A DNA stretch of 64,000 nt from positions 562,189-626,188 of the forward strand of contig JBPOFY010000002.1 in the NCBI GenBank assembly GCA_051252375.1, in the 5' to 3' direction. The notes beneath the pieces were generated by a model, which ran no database searches, was not told the DNA's origin, and was given only the letters and a program-made list of their open reading frames with translations. Both the position numbers and the translations under genes were made by a program. Below, piece after piece: positions 55,019-64,000 of this stretch (position 1 is the first letter of the stretch; the number at the start of each line of letters is the position of its first letter). The DNA is from Opitutaceae bacterium. GTDB lineage: Bacteria; Verrucomicrobiota; Verrucomicrobiia; Opitutales; Coraliomargaritaceae.

Positions 55019-55207
55019 ATGACTGGCAAATTCCTACTCATACTTAGCTTTCTATGTTGGCTTGCATCCGGGGTCCTATACCTAGTTCCTGGAGCATGGT
55101 CAGAAATGTCACCATTAGGGCTCGTTTTCCTAGCGCTATTTGCGGGCGGTATCCTCTTCGCAGTTTGCGGCTTCATTGCATTGACTGTTGAAGCATGCAG
55201 GAAATAG
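55019..55207 (+). CDS. Small two-TM hypothetical protein
   Basis: 62-aa strongly hydrophobic ORF, co-oriented with its neighbours. Confidence 0.45.
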   Translation: MTGKFLLILSFLCWLASGVLYLVPGAWSEMSPLGLVFLALFAGGILFAVCGFIALTVEACRK

Positions 55208-55313
55208 AAAAAGCTACTATAAAAAACTTTGTGCCTCTGCGTCTTGAGCGACGTAGGAGCGGGCGTGAGATTAACAAAAAGAAACTACCAGCTAAACAAG
55301 TTCACTTTTAAAA

Positions 55314-55814
55314 ATGGAAATCCGTAACGCGACAGAGGAGGATCTACCTTCGATTATTGAGATCTATAATGACTCGATACCTGCCGGGCGTTCTACTGCC
55401 GACACTCAACCGATTACTGTAACAGATCGGATGGAATGGTTTCGTCAGTTTGATCCCACAAGACGTCCCATCTGGGTTGCGGTCGAGGATGATCGTGTGG
55501 TTGGCTGCGTGTATCTTTCTTCGTTCTATGCAGGTCGTCCCGCCTACGACAAAACCGCTGAGATCAGCACCTATATTGCGAGCAGTCATCAAGGGAAAGG
55601 ACTCGGCACACAATTGAAGCAAGCAATGATCGAGGCTTGCCCCGACCTAGGCGTCGAGAACTTGATCAGTATGTATTTTGATCACAACGATGTGACCCAG
55701 CGTCTAAACGATAAGCTGGGCTTTGAGCCTGCCGGACACCTAACCGAAATCGCAGATGTTCTAGGTCAGAAACGCGGTTTGATGATCTCAGTTCTGCGAA
55801 TACCTAAGGGCTAA
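55314..55814 (+). CDS. GNAT N-acetyltransferase (phosphinothricin/methionine sulfoximine type)
   Basis: IRNATEEDLPSIIEIYN, RPAYDKTAEISTY, QGKGLG, KLGF. Confidence 0.88.
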   Translation: MEIRNATEEDLPSIIEIYNDSIPAGRSTADTQPITVTDRMEWFRQFDPTRRPIWVAVEDDRVVGCVYLSSFYAGRPAYDKTAEISTYIASSHQGKGLGTQLKQAMIEACPDLGVENLISMYFDHNDVTQRLNDKLGFEPAGHLTEIADVLGQKRGLMISVLRIPKG

Positions 55815-55847
55815 TAGCTCATCGAGATAAGCGCAAATTAGATAACC

Positions 55848-55944
55848 GGTAGCGGCGCTTGTCCCTAAGCGCCACACGTCTGATCCTCTCAGCCTGACTA
55901 GGAACGAAACTAATGCAATGGCGGTCGGGACGACCGCCCCTACC
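55848..55944. repeat. GTAG-type REP dyad
   Basis: ggtagcggcgcttgtccctaagcgcc ... tggcggtcgggacgaccgcccctacc, same arrangement as 2632-2711. Confidence 0.85.
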
Positions 55945-55966
55945 CCCACCTCATATGTCCCTTAAC

Positions 55967-56587
55967 TTACGTGCGGAATAAGCGGTCGCCGAAGTCGCCC
56001 AGACCGGGGCAAATGTATTTACTGTCGTTGAGCTCGCGATCGATCACACCGGTCATGATGGTGACGTCGGGGTGCGCGACTTGTAAGGCTTTCACGCCCT
56101 CGGGTGCGGCGATGATACTGACCATGGAGACACGTGTCGCGCCGGCTGCTTTGACTTGCTCAATTGATTGGATCGCAGACCCGCCGGTGGCGAGCATGGG
56201 GTCGAGGACGTAAACGATTTGAGCCGCGCCGAGTTCTGGCATTTTAGAATAGTAGCAGCTGGCCTCCGCGGTCACTTCGTCGCGCTCAAGCCCAATATAG
56301 CCGACACTGGAGCCAGGCACCGTCGCCATGGCCGCATCCAACATCCCGAGACCTGCGCGTAGGATCGGCACGAAAACAATCTCACCGCGTAGGCGTGCAC
56401 CATGCGCCTTCTCCAATGGTGTCTGCACAGTGATGGCGTCCACCTCTAGTTGCTTCGCCGCCTCGGTCATCAAGACACCAGTGATACCGGTGCAAGCGCG
56501 ACGAAACGATTCTGCGTCGGTCTCAACATCGCGGAGAATAGTGAGATAATGTTGAACGAGTGGATGGTTGCTGAGTTCAATAGCCAT
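55967..56587 (-). CDS. upp: Uracil phosphoribosyltransferase
   Basis: HPLVQH.LT.LRD, VPILRAGLGM, LDPMLATGGS, YICPGLGDFGDRLF. Confidence 0.96.
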   Translation of the reverse strand: MAIELSNHPLVQHYLTILRDVETDAESFRRACTGITGVLMTEAAKQLEVDAITVQTPLEKAHGARLRGEIVFVPILRAGLGMLDAAMATVPGSSVGYIGLERDEVTAEASCYYSKMPELGAAQIVYVLDPMLATGGSAIQSIEQVKAAGATRVSMVSIIAAPEGVKALQVAHPDVTIMTGVIDRELNDSKYICPGLGDFGDRLFRT

Positions 56588-56632
56588 AATGGAAATATGT
56601 ATTTAGGATGCGGAGGATTTCAGCGTTTAAAA

Positions 56633-57430
56633 TCATGCCAATGCGACTGCACCTGCGAGGAGGTCGGCAAACTGAGGACGCACGCGATCGGCGGTTTCGG
56701 AAACTTCTTCGTGTGAAAGCGGTTCTTTAGAAATACCCGCTGCAGCGTTGGTGATACAGGAAATGCCGATCACTCGAATGCCTAGTTGCCGGGCGACGAT
56801 GGCTTCGGGCACGGTGGACATACCAACCGCATCGGCACCGAGCGTCGCGAAGGCACGTATCTCGGCTGGCGTTTCAAAACTCGGTCCGGTGGTGGCGAGG
56901 TAAACACCTTCCTTGAGATCCACACCCTCGGCCTTCGCTCGCTCACGAATTTTTGCCCGTAAAGCGCCGTCATAGACTTCGGACATATCGGGAAAGCGCG
57001 TGTCGTCGTTCGATTGATTTCCAATCAAAGGATTGGTGCCGAGAAAATTGATATGGTCGCTGAGCAACATGAAGTCACCGGGCACATAATCACGGTTAAT
57101 GCCACCAGCGGCATTGGTGACAAATATGGTGTGCACCCCGAGTTGAGCCATCAGGCGAATCGGCAGCGTCAACTGCGCCATCGTATAGCCTTCGTAAAAA
57201 TGAAAACGCCCCTGCATGCAGAGCACGCGTTTACCATCCAGATGCCCATAGACGAATTGCCCCGCATGTCCGGGCACGGTGGAGACGGGAAAGTCCTCGA
57301 TCTCACCATATGGCAAACGCCCCACGACCTCAATGCGATCATCGGCAAAAAAGCCGAGACCAGAGCCGAGGATGAGCCCCACTTCGGGTTTAAAATCAGT
57401 CAATTCTGCGGGTAATTCTGGCAGTTTCAT
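56633..57430 (-). CDS. punA: Purine nucleoside phosphorylase (trimeric type)
   Basis: LILGSGLG, STVPGHAG, GRFHFYEG, TNAAGG, GPSFETPAE, VGMSTVPE. Confidence 0.93.
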   Translation of the reverse strand: MKLPELPAELTDFKPEVGLILGSGLGFFADDRIEVVGRLPYGEIEDFPVSTVPGHAGQFVYGHLDGKRVLCMQGRFHFYEGYTMAQLTLPIRLMAQLGVHTIFVTNAAGGINRDYVPGDFMLLSDHINFLGTNPLIGNQSNDDTRFPDMSEVYDGALRAKIRERAKAEGVDLKEGVYLATTGPSFETPAEIRAFATLGADAVGMSTVPEAIVARQLGIRVIGISCITNAAAGISKEPLSHEEVSETADRVRPQFADLLAGAVALA

Positions 57431-57436
57431 AAGTGC

Positions 57437-58759
57437 TTACTGGGTGGCGATTCGATCGATCACCGGATCAGAAATTTGAATGGGTTCTTGAGAAAACGAA
57501 TAGGCCGTGCCCATACGTTCTTGTGCGGCGGCAAGCGATGCAGGTTGATTGTAATAAATCCGGCAGAGGGCTTCACCGGGAGCAACTGCATCGCCTGGTT
57601 TTTTGAAAAAACGTAAGCCCACCGCTAGATCGATCTCGGCTTCAGCATGACTGCGGCCAGCACCCAGTAAACGCGCGGCCTCACCGACTTTTAGCGCATC
57701 GATCGATTGCACATACGCCGCACTATCGGCGGCAAATAGAATGTCGTGAGTATGCGCTGCTTGCGGCATAAGCGTATAATCATCCACAACGGAAGCATCG
57801 CCTCCTTGCGCCGAGACTAGCTCACGGAAAGCGGCAAGCGCACTGCCATCATCAATTGCAGCCTGTATGCGTTGGGTTGCTTCAGCAGCATTCTCGCACA
57901 GTCCGCCTAAACATAACATCTCGACAACAAGCGCGATGGTGACCGCCATCAAGTCCGCAGACCCCTGCCCTTTGAGACAGTCAATCGCTTCTTCCACTTC
58001 CAGCGCGTTGCCGACGGTGGCGCCCAAAGGTGCGTCCATTCGGGTGATCAGCGCCGTGGTGGGTTTGCCCATGGTTGAGCTAATGCGAACCAATGACTCT
58101 GCCAGTTCGCGGGCTTCGGCTTCTGTTTTCATGAAGGCGCCTTGCCCGCATTTCACATCCAACACGAGCGCGTCGATGCCTTCGGCGAGTTTCTTGCTTA
58201 AAATACTAGCGCAAATTAAAGGCACACTTTCCACCGTCGAGGTGACATCGCGCAAGGCGTAGAGCTTGCGGTCTGCGGGCACCATATCGGCAGACTGCCC
58301 GATCATGGCTTGATGAATGGCGCTCAGTTGTTGGCGATAAGCAGCATCATCAAGGTAAACAGAAAAGCCGGGAATGGCTTCGAGTTTATCTAAAGTGCCT
58401 CCGGTATGCCCGAGCCCACGCCCACTCATCATCGGCACACAGAGGCCCACCGCTGCCGCCAACGGCGCTAAGATCAACGAGACTTTATCACCGACGCCAC
58501 CCGTCGAATGTTTATCCACTTTCGGACGGCTGATTTCTGGCAATTCCACCACGCGCCCAGAGCGCATCATTGCTTCGGTCAACCAAGCGGTTTCCTCGGG
58601 CGTCATGCCTTTCAGAACAATGGCCATCAACAAAGCACTGCTTTGATAATCACGAAACTCACCGGAGACCACGCCTGTCACAAATTGCTCGATCTGCGCC
58701 TGACTCAAAGCACCGCCATCGCGTTTGATCCGTATGATCTCTTGTGGTAGTTCCGTCAT
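57437..58759 (-). CDS. deoA: Thymidine / pyrimidine-nucleoside phosphorylase
   Basis: DKHSTGGVGDK, SGRGLGHTGGTLDKLE, LYALRDVT, SILSKK; start at ATG 58759. Confidence 0.93.
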   Translation of the reverse strand: MTELPQEIIRIKRDGGALSQAQIEQFVTGVVSGEFRDYQSSALLMAIVLKGMTPEETAWLTEAMMRSGRVVELPEISRPKVDKHSTGGVGDKVSLILAPLAAAVGLCVPMMSGRGLGHTGGTLDKLEAIPGFSVYLDDAAYRQQLSAIHQAMIGQSADMVPADRKLYALRDVTSTVESVPLICASILSKKLAEGIDALVLDVKCGQGAFMKTEAEARELAESLVRISSTMGKPTTALITRMDAPLGATVGNALEVEEAIDCLKGQGSADLMAVTIALVVEMLCLGGLCENAAEATQRIQAAIDDGSALAAFRELVSAQGGDASVVDDYTLMPQAAHTHDILFAADSAAYVQSIDALKVGEAARLLGAGRSHAEAEIDLAVGLRFFKKPGDAVAPGEALCRIYYNQPASLAAAQERMGTAYSFSQEPIQISDPVIDRIATQ

Positions 58760-58875
58760 CGCAAGCAAGAGCATGGTAAGCGCATGACAGAGTTCAACTC
58801 TTGTATTGAGAAACCCCTGAACTGACTACGATCGGATTCGACGATACCACCTAAATGGCGGACGCGTGAAACACG

Positions 58876-58957
58876 TGGAGGGCAATGCTCCGTCATTGCC
58901 GCAGAAACGCCTAAATGCATCGAGTCATTGGCGGTTGCGACGGAGCGCAACCCTCCA
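58876..58957. repeat. 82-bp GGAG-type REP dyad, copy 2
   Basis: Near-identical to 36197-36278. Confidence 0.9.
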
Positions 58958-58990
58958 GATTTCCCCAAGAAACAGAACCTCCACTCGAGC

Positions 58991-59437
58991 CTACGGCTTC
59001 ATCGCTGGATCGTGAAAGGACTCCAGTTTCCAAACATCGTTCTTCTTCACCAATTTAACTTTATGGAGAATACGCACTTCAGAGGTGCCCCACACGGTGG
59101 ACTGCCCTTTGGGATTCACGCGAGATACTTGTTCCGCGATGACAAATGCAGTCTGTTCGTCGTCCGACACCCGCTGCTCTTTGATGACGTAATAGGTGAA
59201 GACAATTGAGTTATCACCGAAAAGCTTCTGCCTAGCTGGATTTTCATCAAATACCGCCAACGCATAGTTGCGATCGAGCGTCAACTCACGCGCGACATAA
59301 CTATCGTTTTTCAGCAACGCTTTAGCAAAGCGTTTATAGGCGATCACCTCCGAACTCGAATGCGTTATCGAATAACTAAAAAAGTTATATGCAAGGATGG
59401 CGAAAATGGCCCAAAAAATTATTTTCTTCGGCTTCAT
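58991..59437 (-). CDS. Hypothetical membrane-anchored protein (possible NTF2-like fold)
   Basis: N-terminal TM helix; C-terminal 'VKLVKKNDVWKL' strand. Confidence 0.6.
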   Translation of the reverse strand: MKPKKIIFWAIFAILAYNFFSYSITHSSSEVIAYKRFAKALLKNDSYVARELTLDRNYALAVFDENPARQKLFGDNSIVFTYYVIKEQRVSDDEQTAFVIAEQVSRVNPKGQSTVWGTSEVRILHKVKLVKKNDVWKLESFHDPAMKP

Positions 59438-59592
59438 ATGGCAAGATTACCCAAAGTTGGTAACATTACGAATCGCAGGTAAAGTGAATTGGTTGCAAAT
59501 CCAGTCGATTAACACGCAGTTAACGCGCGCTTAAACCCTAGCCCTCAACTAAAATAAAGCCTTAAGCCCAATCGTCGACTACAGTGTATCGC

Positions 59593-60927
59593 TTAGCTGA
59601 GACCCGACTGCATGAGATCAGGGATCGACGCCTCTAATCCATCACGAGGCAGCATTTGCTCCACACCGCTCGAAAAATCACGCACTTTGACGACGCCTTG
59701 CTCGATCTCTTCGCTTCCGTATATCAATGCGAAACGTGCGCCCTTCTGGTTGGCTTCTTTAAATTGTTTTCCAAAACCCTGATCTTTTAGCGGATAATCA
59801 ATCGTGTAACCCATACGACGAATCAACGCAGCATCGCCCATCGCAGCATCCCGCGCTTCGGGACCACCGATGATGGCAATAAAGTCCGGAGATTGCACAT
59901 AAGTCGGCGTCAAGCCCTTCGCCTCCAATAGGTCTGCCAAGGTGACATCGCCCATCGCAAAACCAACTGCCGGCATATCAGGACCACCGAGTTTTTTAAC
60001 CAGCGCATCGTAACGCCCGCCACCGGCGAGCGCGCGACCTTCGCCACTGGCTTCAAATGCTTCAAAAACAAAACCGGTGTAATAAGCGAGCCCACGCACG
60101 ATCCCGAGATCGATTTGGATGAACTCGCCAGCGCCTGCGGCGTGCAGACGATTCATAAGTTGCTCCCACTCGCCCAAGCGTGTGCGGATCTGATCTGCAA
60201 TGTCACCCTCCGGAGCAAGGTTCTGCATGTAGGTGGTCAGTGTATCGAAATCGCGAATTGCAATGACCTCTTCGATCCGCCCAAGAAAAGCTTCGGCTTC
60301 GTCGCCGATTACTGGCGCAAGTCGCTCAATCGCTTTACTGCGATCCATTCGCTCCAGTTTATCGATGATACCGAGGACGGTCGCACTCGCGGCTTCATCC
60401 AAACCTTCAGCTGCCAACATATGTAGCCACAGGTCACGATCGCTGAGGCGCACCTTAAAATCGTCCGAACCCAGCCCGAAAGCTTGCAAAGCCTGAACCA
60501 GCAGCGCGATCAGCTCAGCATCGGCACCGGGTCCCGCCTCGCCGAAGATATCGACGTTATATTGATAAAAAGCACGCAGGCGTCCCTTTTGCGGGCGCTC
60601 GTAGCGATAATGCTCACCGATATTGAACCACTTGATCGGACGCTTCAGGCCATTTGCTTTCGCACCTACGAGACGAGCCAGCGAAGGCGTCATCTCCGGG
60701 CGCAGCGCAACGGCACGACCGCCACGGTCTTCAAAGTTGAATAGTTGCCCAACAATTTCTTCGCCAGACTTTTCGATGTAGAGCTCAAGTGGCTCTAAAA
60801 CTGGCGCGTCATACTCGAGAAAGTTAAACGAGCGGGCGACCTTGCGCCACTGGCCAAAGATATGATTACGACGCGCGCAAGCATCGGGATAAAATTCCCG
60901 AAATCCGGGTAATGTCTCAAATTGCAT
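59593..60927 (-). CDS. hisS: Histidine--tRNA ligase
   Basis: LPGFREFYP, LRPEMTPSLAR, RYERPQKGRLR, VRGLAYYTG, GGGRYD. Confidence 0.97.
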   Translation of the reverse strand: MQFETLPGFREFYPDACARRNHIFGQWRKVARSFNFLEYDAPVLEPLELYIEKSGEEIVGQLFNFEDRGGRAVALRPEMTPSLARLVGAKANGLKRPIKWFNIGEHYRYERPQKGRLRAFYQYNVDIFGEAGPGADAELIALLVQALQAFGLGSDDFKVRLSDRDLWLHMLAAEGLDEAASATVLGIIDKLERMDRSKAIERLAPVIGDEAEAFLGRIEEVIAIRDFDTLTTYMQNLAPEGDIADQIRTRLGEWEQLMNRLHAAGAGEFIQIDLGIVRGLAYYTGFVFEAFEASGEGRALAGGGRYDALVKKLGGPDMPAVGFAMGDVTLADLLEAKGLTPTYVQSPDFIAIIGGPEARDAAMGDAALIRRMGYTIDYPLKDQGFGKQFKEANQKGARFALIYGSEEIEQGVVKVRDFSSGVEQMLPRDGLEASIPDLMQSGLS

Positions 60928-60989
60928 GACGAGTGCCCTCCATTAAATGAGGCTAAATGACAAAGCGCTGTGCGCGATGTTGTCTCCGC

Positions 60990-61298
60990 TTACTGCGAAT
61001 CGACGTCGAGCTCCTTCAGCTGCGCCTTGAGTTCCTTACCTGCTTTGAACTTAATCACAGCACGCTTCGGAATGATGACGTCCGTTTCCGGCTTGTTCGG
61101 ATTACGGCCGATACGTGATTTACGAATCTGAACTTCAAAGACACCGAAGTTACGCAACTCGACGTTACGACCTTCGCTCAGTGCTCGGGCAATCGCATCC
61201 AGTGTCAATTGGACAGTTTCCCTCACTTCCTTTTGCGGAAAGTCAGTTTTTTCATAAATATCGAGGACGATATCGCGTTTTGTAAGATTATTAGACAT
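60990..61298 (-). CDS. HU/IHF family DNA-binding protein
   Basis: LTKRDIV, VELRNFGVFEV, RIGRNP, FKAGKELK. Confidence 0.95.
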   Translation of the reverse strand: MSNNLTKRDIVLDIYEKTDFPQKEVRETVQLTLDAIARALSEGRNVELRNFGVFEVQIRKSRIGRNPNKPETDVIIPKRAVIKFKAGKELKAQLKELDVDSQ

Positions 61299-61395
61299 GT
61301 TCTGGGATGCTTAGAGAACTTGTGGTAGTGAAAAGATCGAAAGTTATTGTGTGTGCGATACTTCTGATCGCCGAAACCCTGTCAAACTTGAAAAC

Positions 61396-62997
61396 ATGAG
61401 TGATAAAGAACCAACCAACCCTTTCGAAGAAATTCAGCGTCAATTGAAGGAATTGTTTAAAGATTCAAATGTCAAGGTGTCCGCGCGTGCCTTTGACGAA
61501 TCTGACGATTTTAACGATCTTTTTGAGCCCCAAGACGGGCCCAGCCCCGAAGCAGCAGATAATGAATCTGGCGACCCCTTGCAAAAGTTGCGCCATTTTC
61601 ACCTCAAGCCAAAGGAAGTGCGTGATCATTTAAACCGATTTGTCATCCGCCAGGAGGCCGCAAAAAAAGTTCTCTCGGTCGCGATCTGCGACCATTACAA
61701 CCACGTCCGCCGCAGTCTTTCCGGGAAAGGCGACCAATTAGTCGAATACAGTAAACAGAATATACTAGTCCTCGGACCGACTGGTGTGGGCAAAACTTAT
61801 TTAATGAAGAACATCGCCAAACTCATTGGCGTGCCCTTCGTCAAAGCCGATGCGACGAAATTTTCCGAGACCGGCTATGTCGGCTCTGACGTGGAAGACC
61901 TGGTGCGAGATCTGGTCAAAGCGGCCGATGGGAATATCGAGCTCGCCGAGCACGGCATCATCTTCGTCGATGAAATCGACAAGATCGCCAGCGAAGCCGG
62001 CATGGGCGGTCGCGATGTCTCAGGTCGAGGCGTGCAGATCAATCTCCTCAAGTTGATGGAAGAAACAGAGGTCAACCTTTTCAGCCCGACCGACATGCTT
62101 TCACAGATGCAAGCTGCGATGGAGATACAACGTGGCGGCCAAATACAGCGCAAAACGATCAACACTCGCAATATCCTCTTCATTGTCAGTGGCGCCTTCG
62201 ATAAACTCGCCGTCTCAATCAAGAAGCGCATCGCCAACAATGAAATGGGCTTTGGCGCCCCACCACAGGAAGCCGACGAAGACATGTCGACCTACTTGCG
62301 CTTCGCAGAGACGACCGACTTTACCAAATACGGCTTCGAGCCCGAGTTCATCGGTCGCGTGCCCGTGCGTGTGGCTTGCAATGCGCTTTCAAAAGACGAC
62401 CTTGCCCACATTCTCACCAACTCAGAAGGCAGCCTACTACACCAATACCGCCAGGACTTCCGAGGCTATGGCATCGATTTCAATATGAGCGCGGAGGCAA
62501 TACTCGCCATAGCTGAGACCGCCAGCAAAGAAGGCACCGGCGCACGCGGCTTGATGACCGTTCTCGAACGCCTCTTTCGCGACTACAAGTTCGAGCTCCC
62601 CTCCACCGCGATCAAGCAGTTCGATGTCACGTCCGAGATGATCGCCGACCCCGCCGTCTGCCTCAAAGAGTTGAAAGCCGCCAACGCCCACCTTCAACAC
62701 GAAGTCTGGATCGCCGACATCAAGCGCTTCGCCACACAATTTGAAAAGGAGCACGACTTCACGCTCGAATTCAAACCTCTCGCCCAAGAGACCCTGATCG
62801 AAGAAGCCCTCGAAACAGACCGTAGCATTCAATCCCTCTGCGAAGAAAAGTTTAAAGACTTCCAACACGGCCTCAGCATCATCAACCGAAATAGTGGCCA
62901 GACCGTCTTCAAGATAGGCAAGCTCGCAATTATAAATCCCGACAAAGAACTCTCCCAATGGGTCGTCCGCAGTATCGATAAAACGAAAAGCGATTAG
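61396..62997 (+). CDS. clpX: ClpX-like AAA+ ATPase (no N-terminal zinc finger, C-terminal extension)
   Basis: [53 protein letters not shown]; start at ATG 61396. Confidence 0.8.
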   Translation: MSDKEPTNPFEEIQRQLKELFKDSNVKVSARAFDESDDFNDLFEPQDGPSPEAADNESGDPLQKLRHFHLKPKEVRDHLNRFVIRQEAAKKVLSVAICDHYNHVRRSLSGKGDQLVEYSKQNILVLGPTGVGKTYLMKNIAKLIGVPFVKADATKFSETGYVGSDVEDLVRDLVKAADGNIELAEHGIIFVDEIDKIASEAGMGGRDVSGRGVQINLLKLMEETEVNLFSPTDMLSQMQAAMEIQRGGQIQRKTINTRNILFIVSGAFDKLAVSIKKRIANNEMGFGAPPQEADEDMSTYLRFAETTDFTKYGFEPEFIGRVPVRVACNALSKDDLAHILTNSEGSLLHQYRQDFRGYGIDFNMSAEAILAIAETASKEGTGARGLMTVLERLFRDYKFELPSTAIKQFDVTSEMIADPAVCLKELKAANAHLQHEVWIADIKRFATQFEKEHDFTLEFKPLAQETLIEEALETDRSIQSLCEEKFKDFQHGLSIINRNSGQTVFKIGKLAIINPDKELSQWVVRSIDKTKSD

Positions 62998-63218
62998 GAG
63001 CGGAAGTAGGATAGGCAGCAAAGTGCGCATGTCGCCTAAGAGTTCTCCGAGCACCATAAAGGTGACCACATTTTTAATGCGATGCATTAGAAATGTGGTA
63101 GATCGACAATCACTTAGAAAACCAGAATTCCTGTTCGGGAAACTCGTTTGCATCATTCGGGTTCAAAAAACTATCATTTGGATTCGTAATTATCCAAGAG
63201 TCATTCGTAATTGTCGTC

Positions 63219-63917
<699 letters not shown>

Positions 63918-63923
63918 TTCTTG

Positions 63924-64000
63924 TGTAGCCACGGCAGTCTCTGCCGTGTTTCTTTTGCAATGTGAACTTACCCGACGGACACGTCACAGAGTGACGTGGC
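63924..64000. repeat. GTAGCCACG-family REP dyad (runs off the window end)
   Basis: tgtagccacggcagtctctgccgtgttt ... cacgtcacagagtgacgtggc. Confidence 0.85.

Noticed and set aside
62437..63156. 239-aa minus-strand ORF, and similar antisense or alternative-frame ORFs over uup, rnr, der and the ATPase
   Set aside because: These are shadows of well-supported genes, expected from codon bias, and show no motifs.

Overview
A 64-kb bacterial chromosome segment, most likely from a marine Verrucomicrobiota (Opitutales/Puniceicoccales-like). This taxonomic guess is an inference from gene families and repeat style. The backbone is housekeeping: fabZ-fabI, ruvX/yqgF, mannose-1-P guanylyltransferase, ppiD-like, galM, uup, rnr, der, Lrp plus aminotransferase, a deoA-punA-upp salvage operon, hisS, HU/IHF, a clpX-like gene, menG/ubiE, tRNA-Arg(ACG) and tRNA-Thr(CGT). 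Accessory material is interspersed, and the intergenic spaces are dense in REP-like palindromes and short tandem repeats. Five items stand out. (1) At 5.55-6.16 kb there is an integrase-less integron unit: an attI-like site with three direct repeats, one AT-rich gene cassette and a well-formed 62-bp attC, all bracketed by inverted repeats. (2) At 19.6-27.4 kb a YHYH-sulfatase fusion is divergent from a single-chain MbnP-MbnH (di-heme peroxidase) fusion, next to GH16 and sulfatase genes. (3) An uncharacterised ORF directly after tRNA-Thr carries R-S-E ADP-ribosyltransferase motifs. (4) A P-type ATPase lies between ~55-bp direct repeats and is followed by a cassette-like cluster of small ORFs. 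(5) oleA-oleB are present without oleC/oleD. All calls come from reading motifs by eye; no database searches were run.
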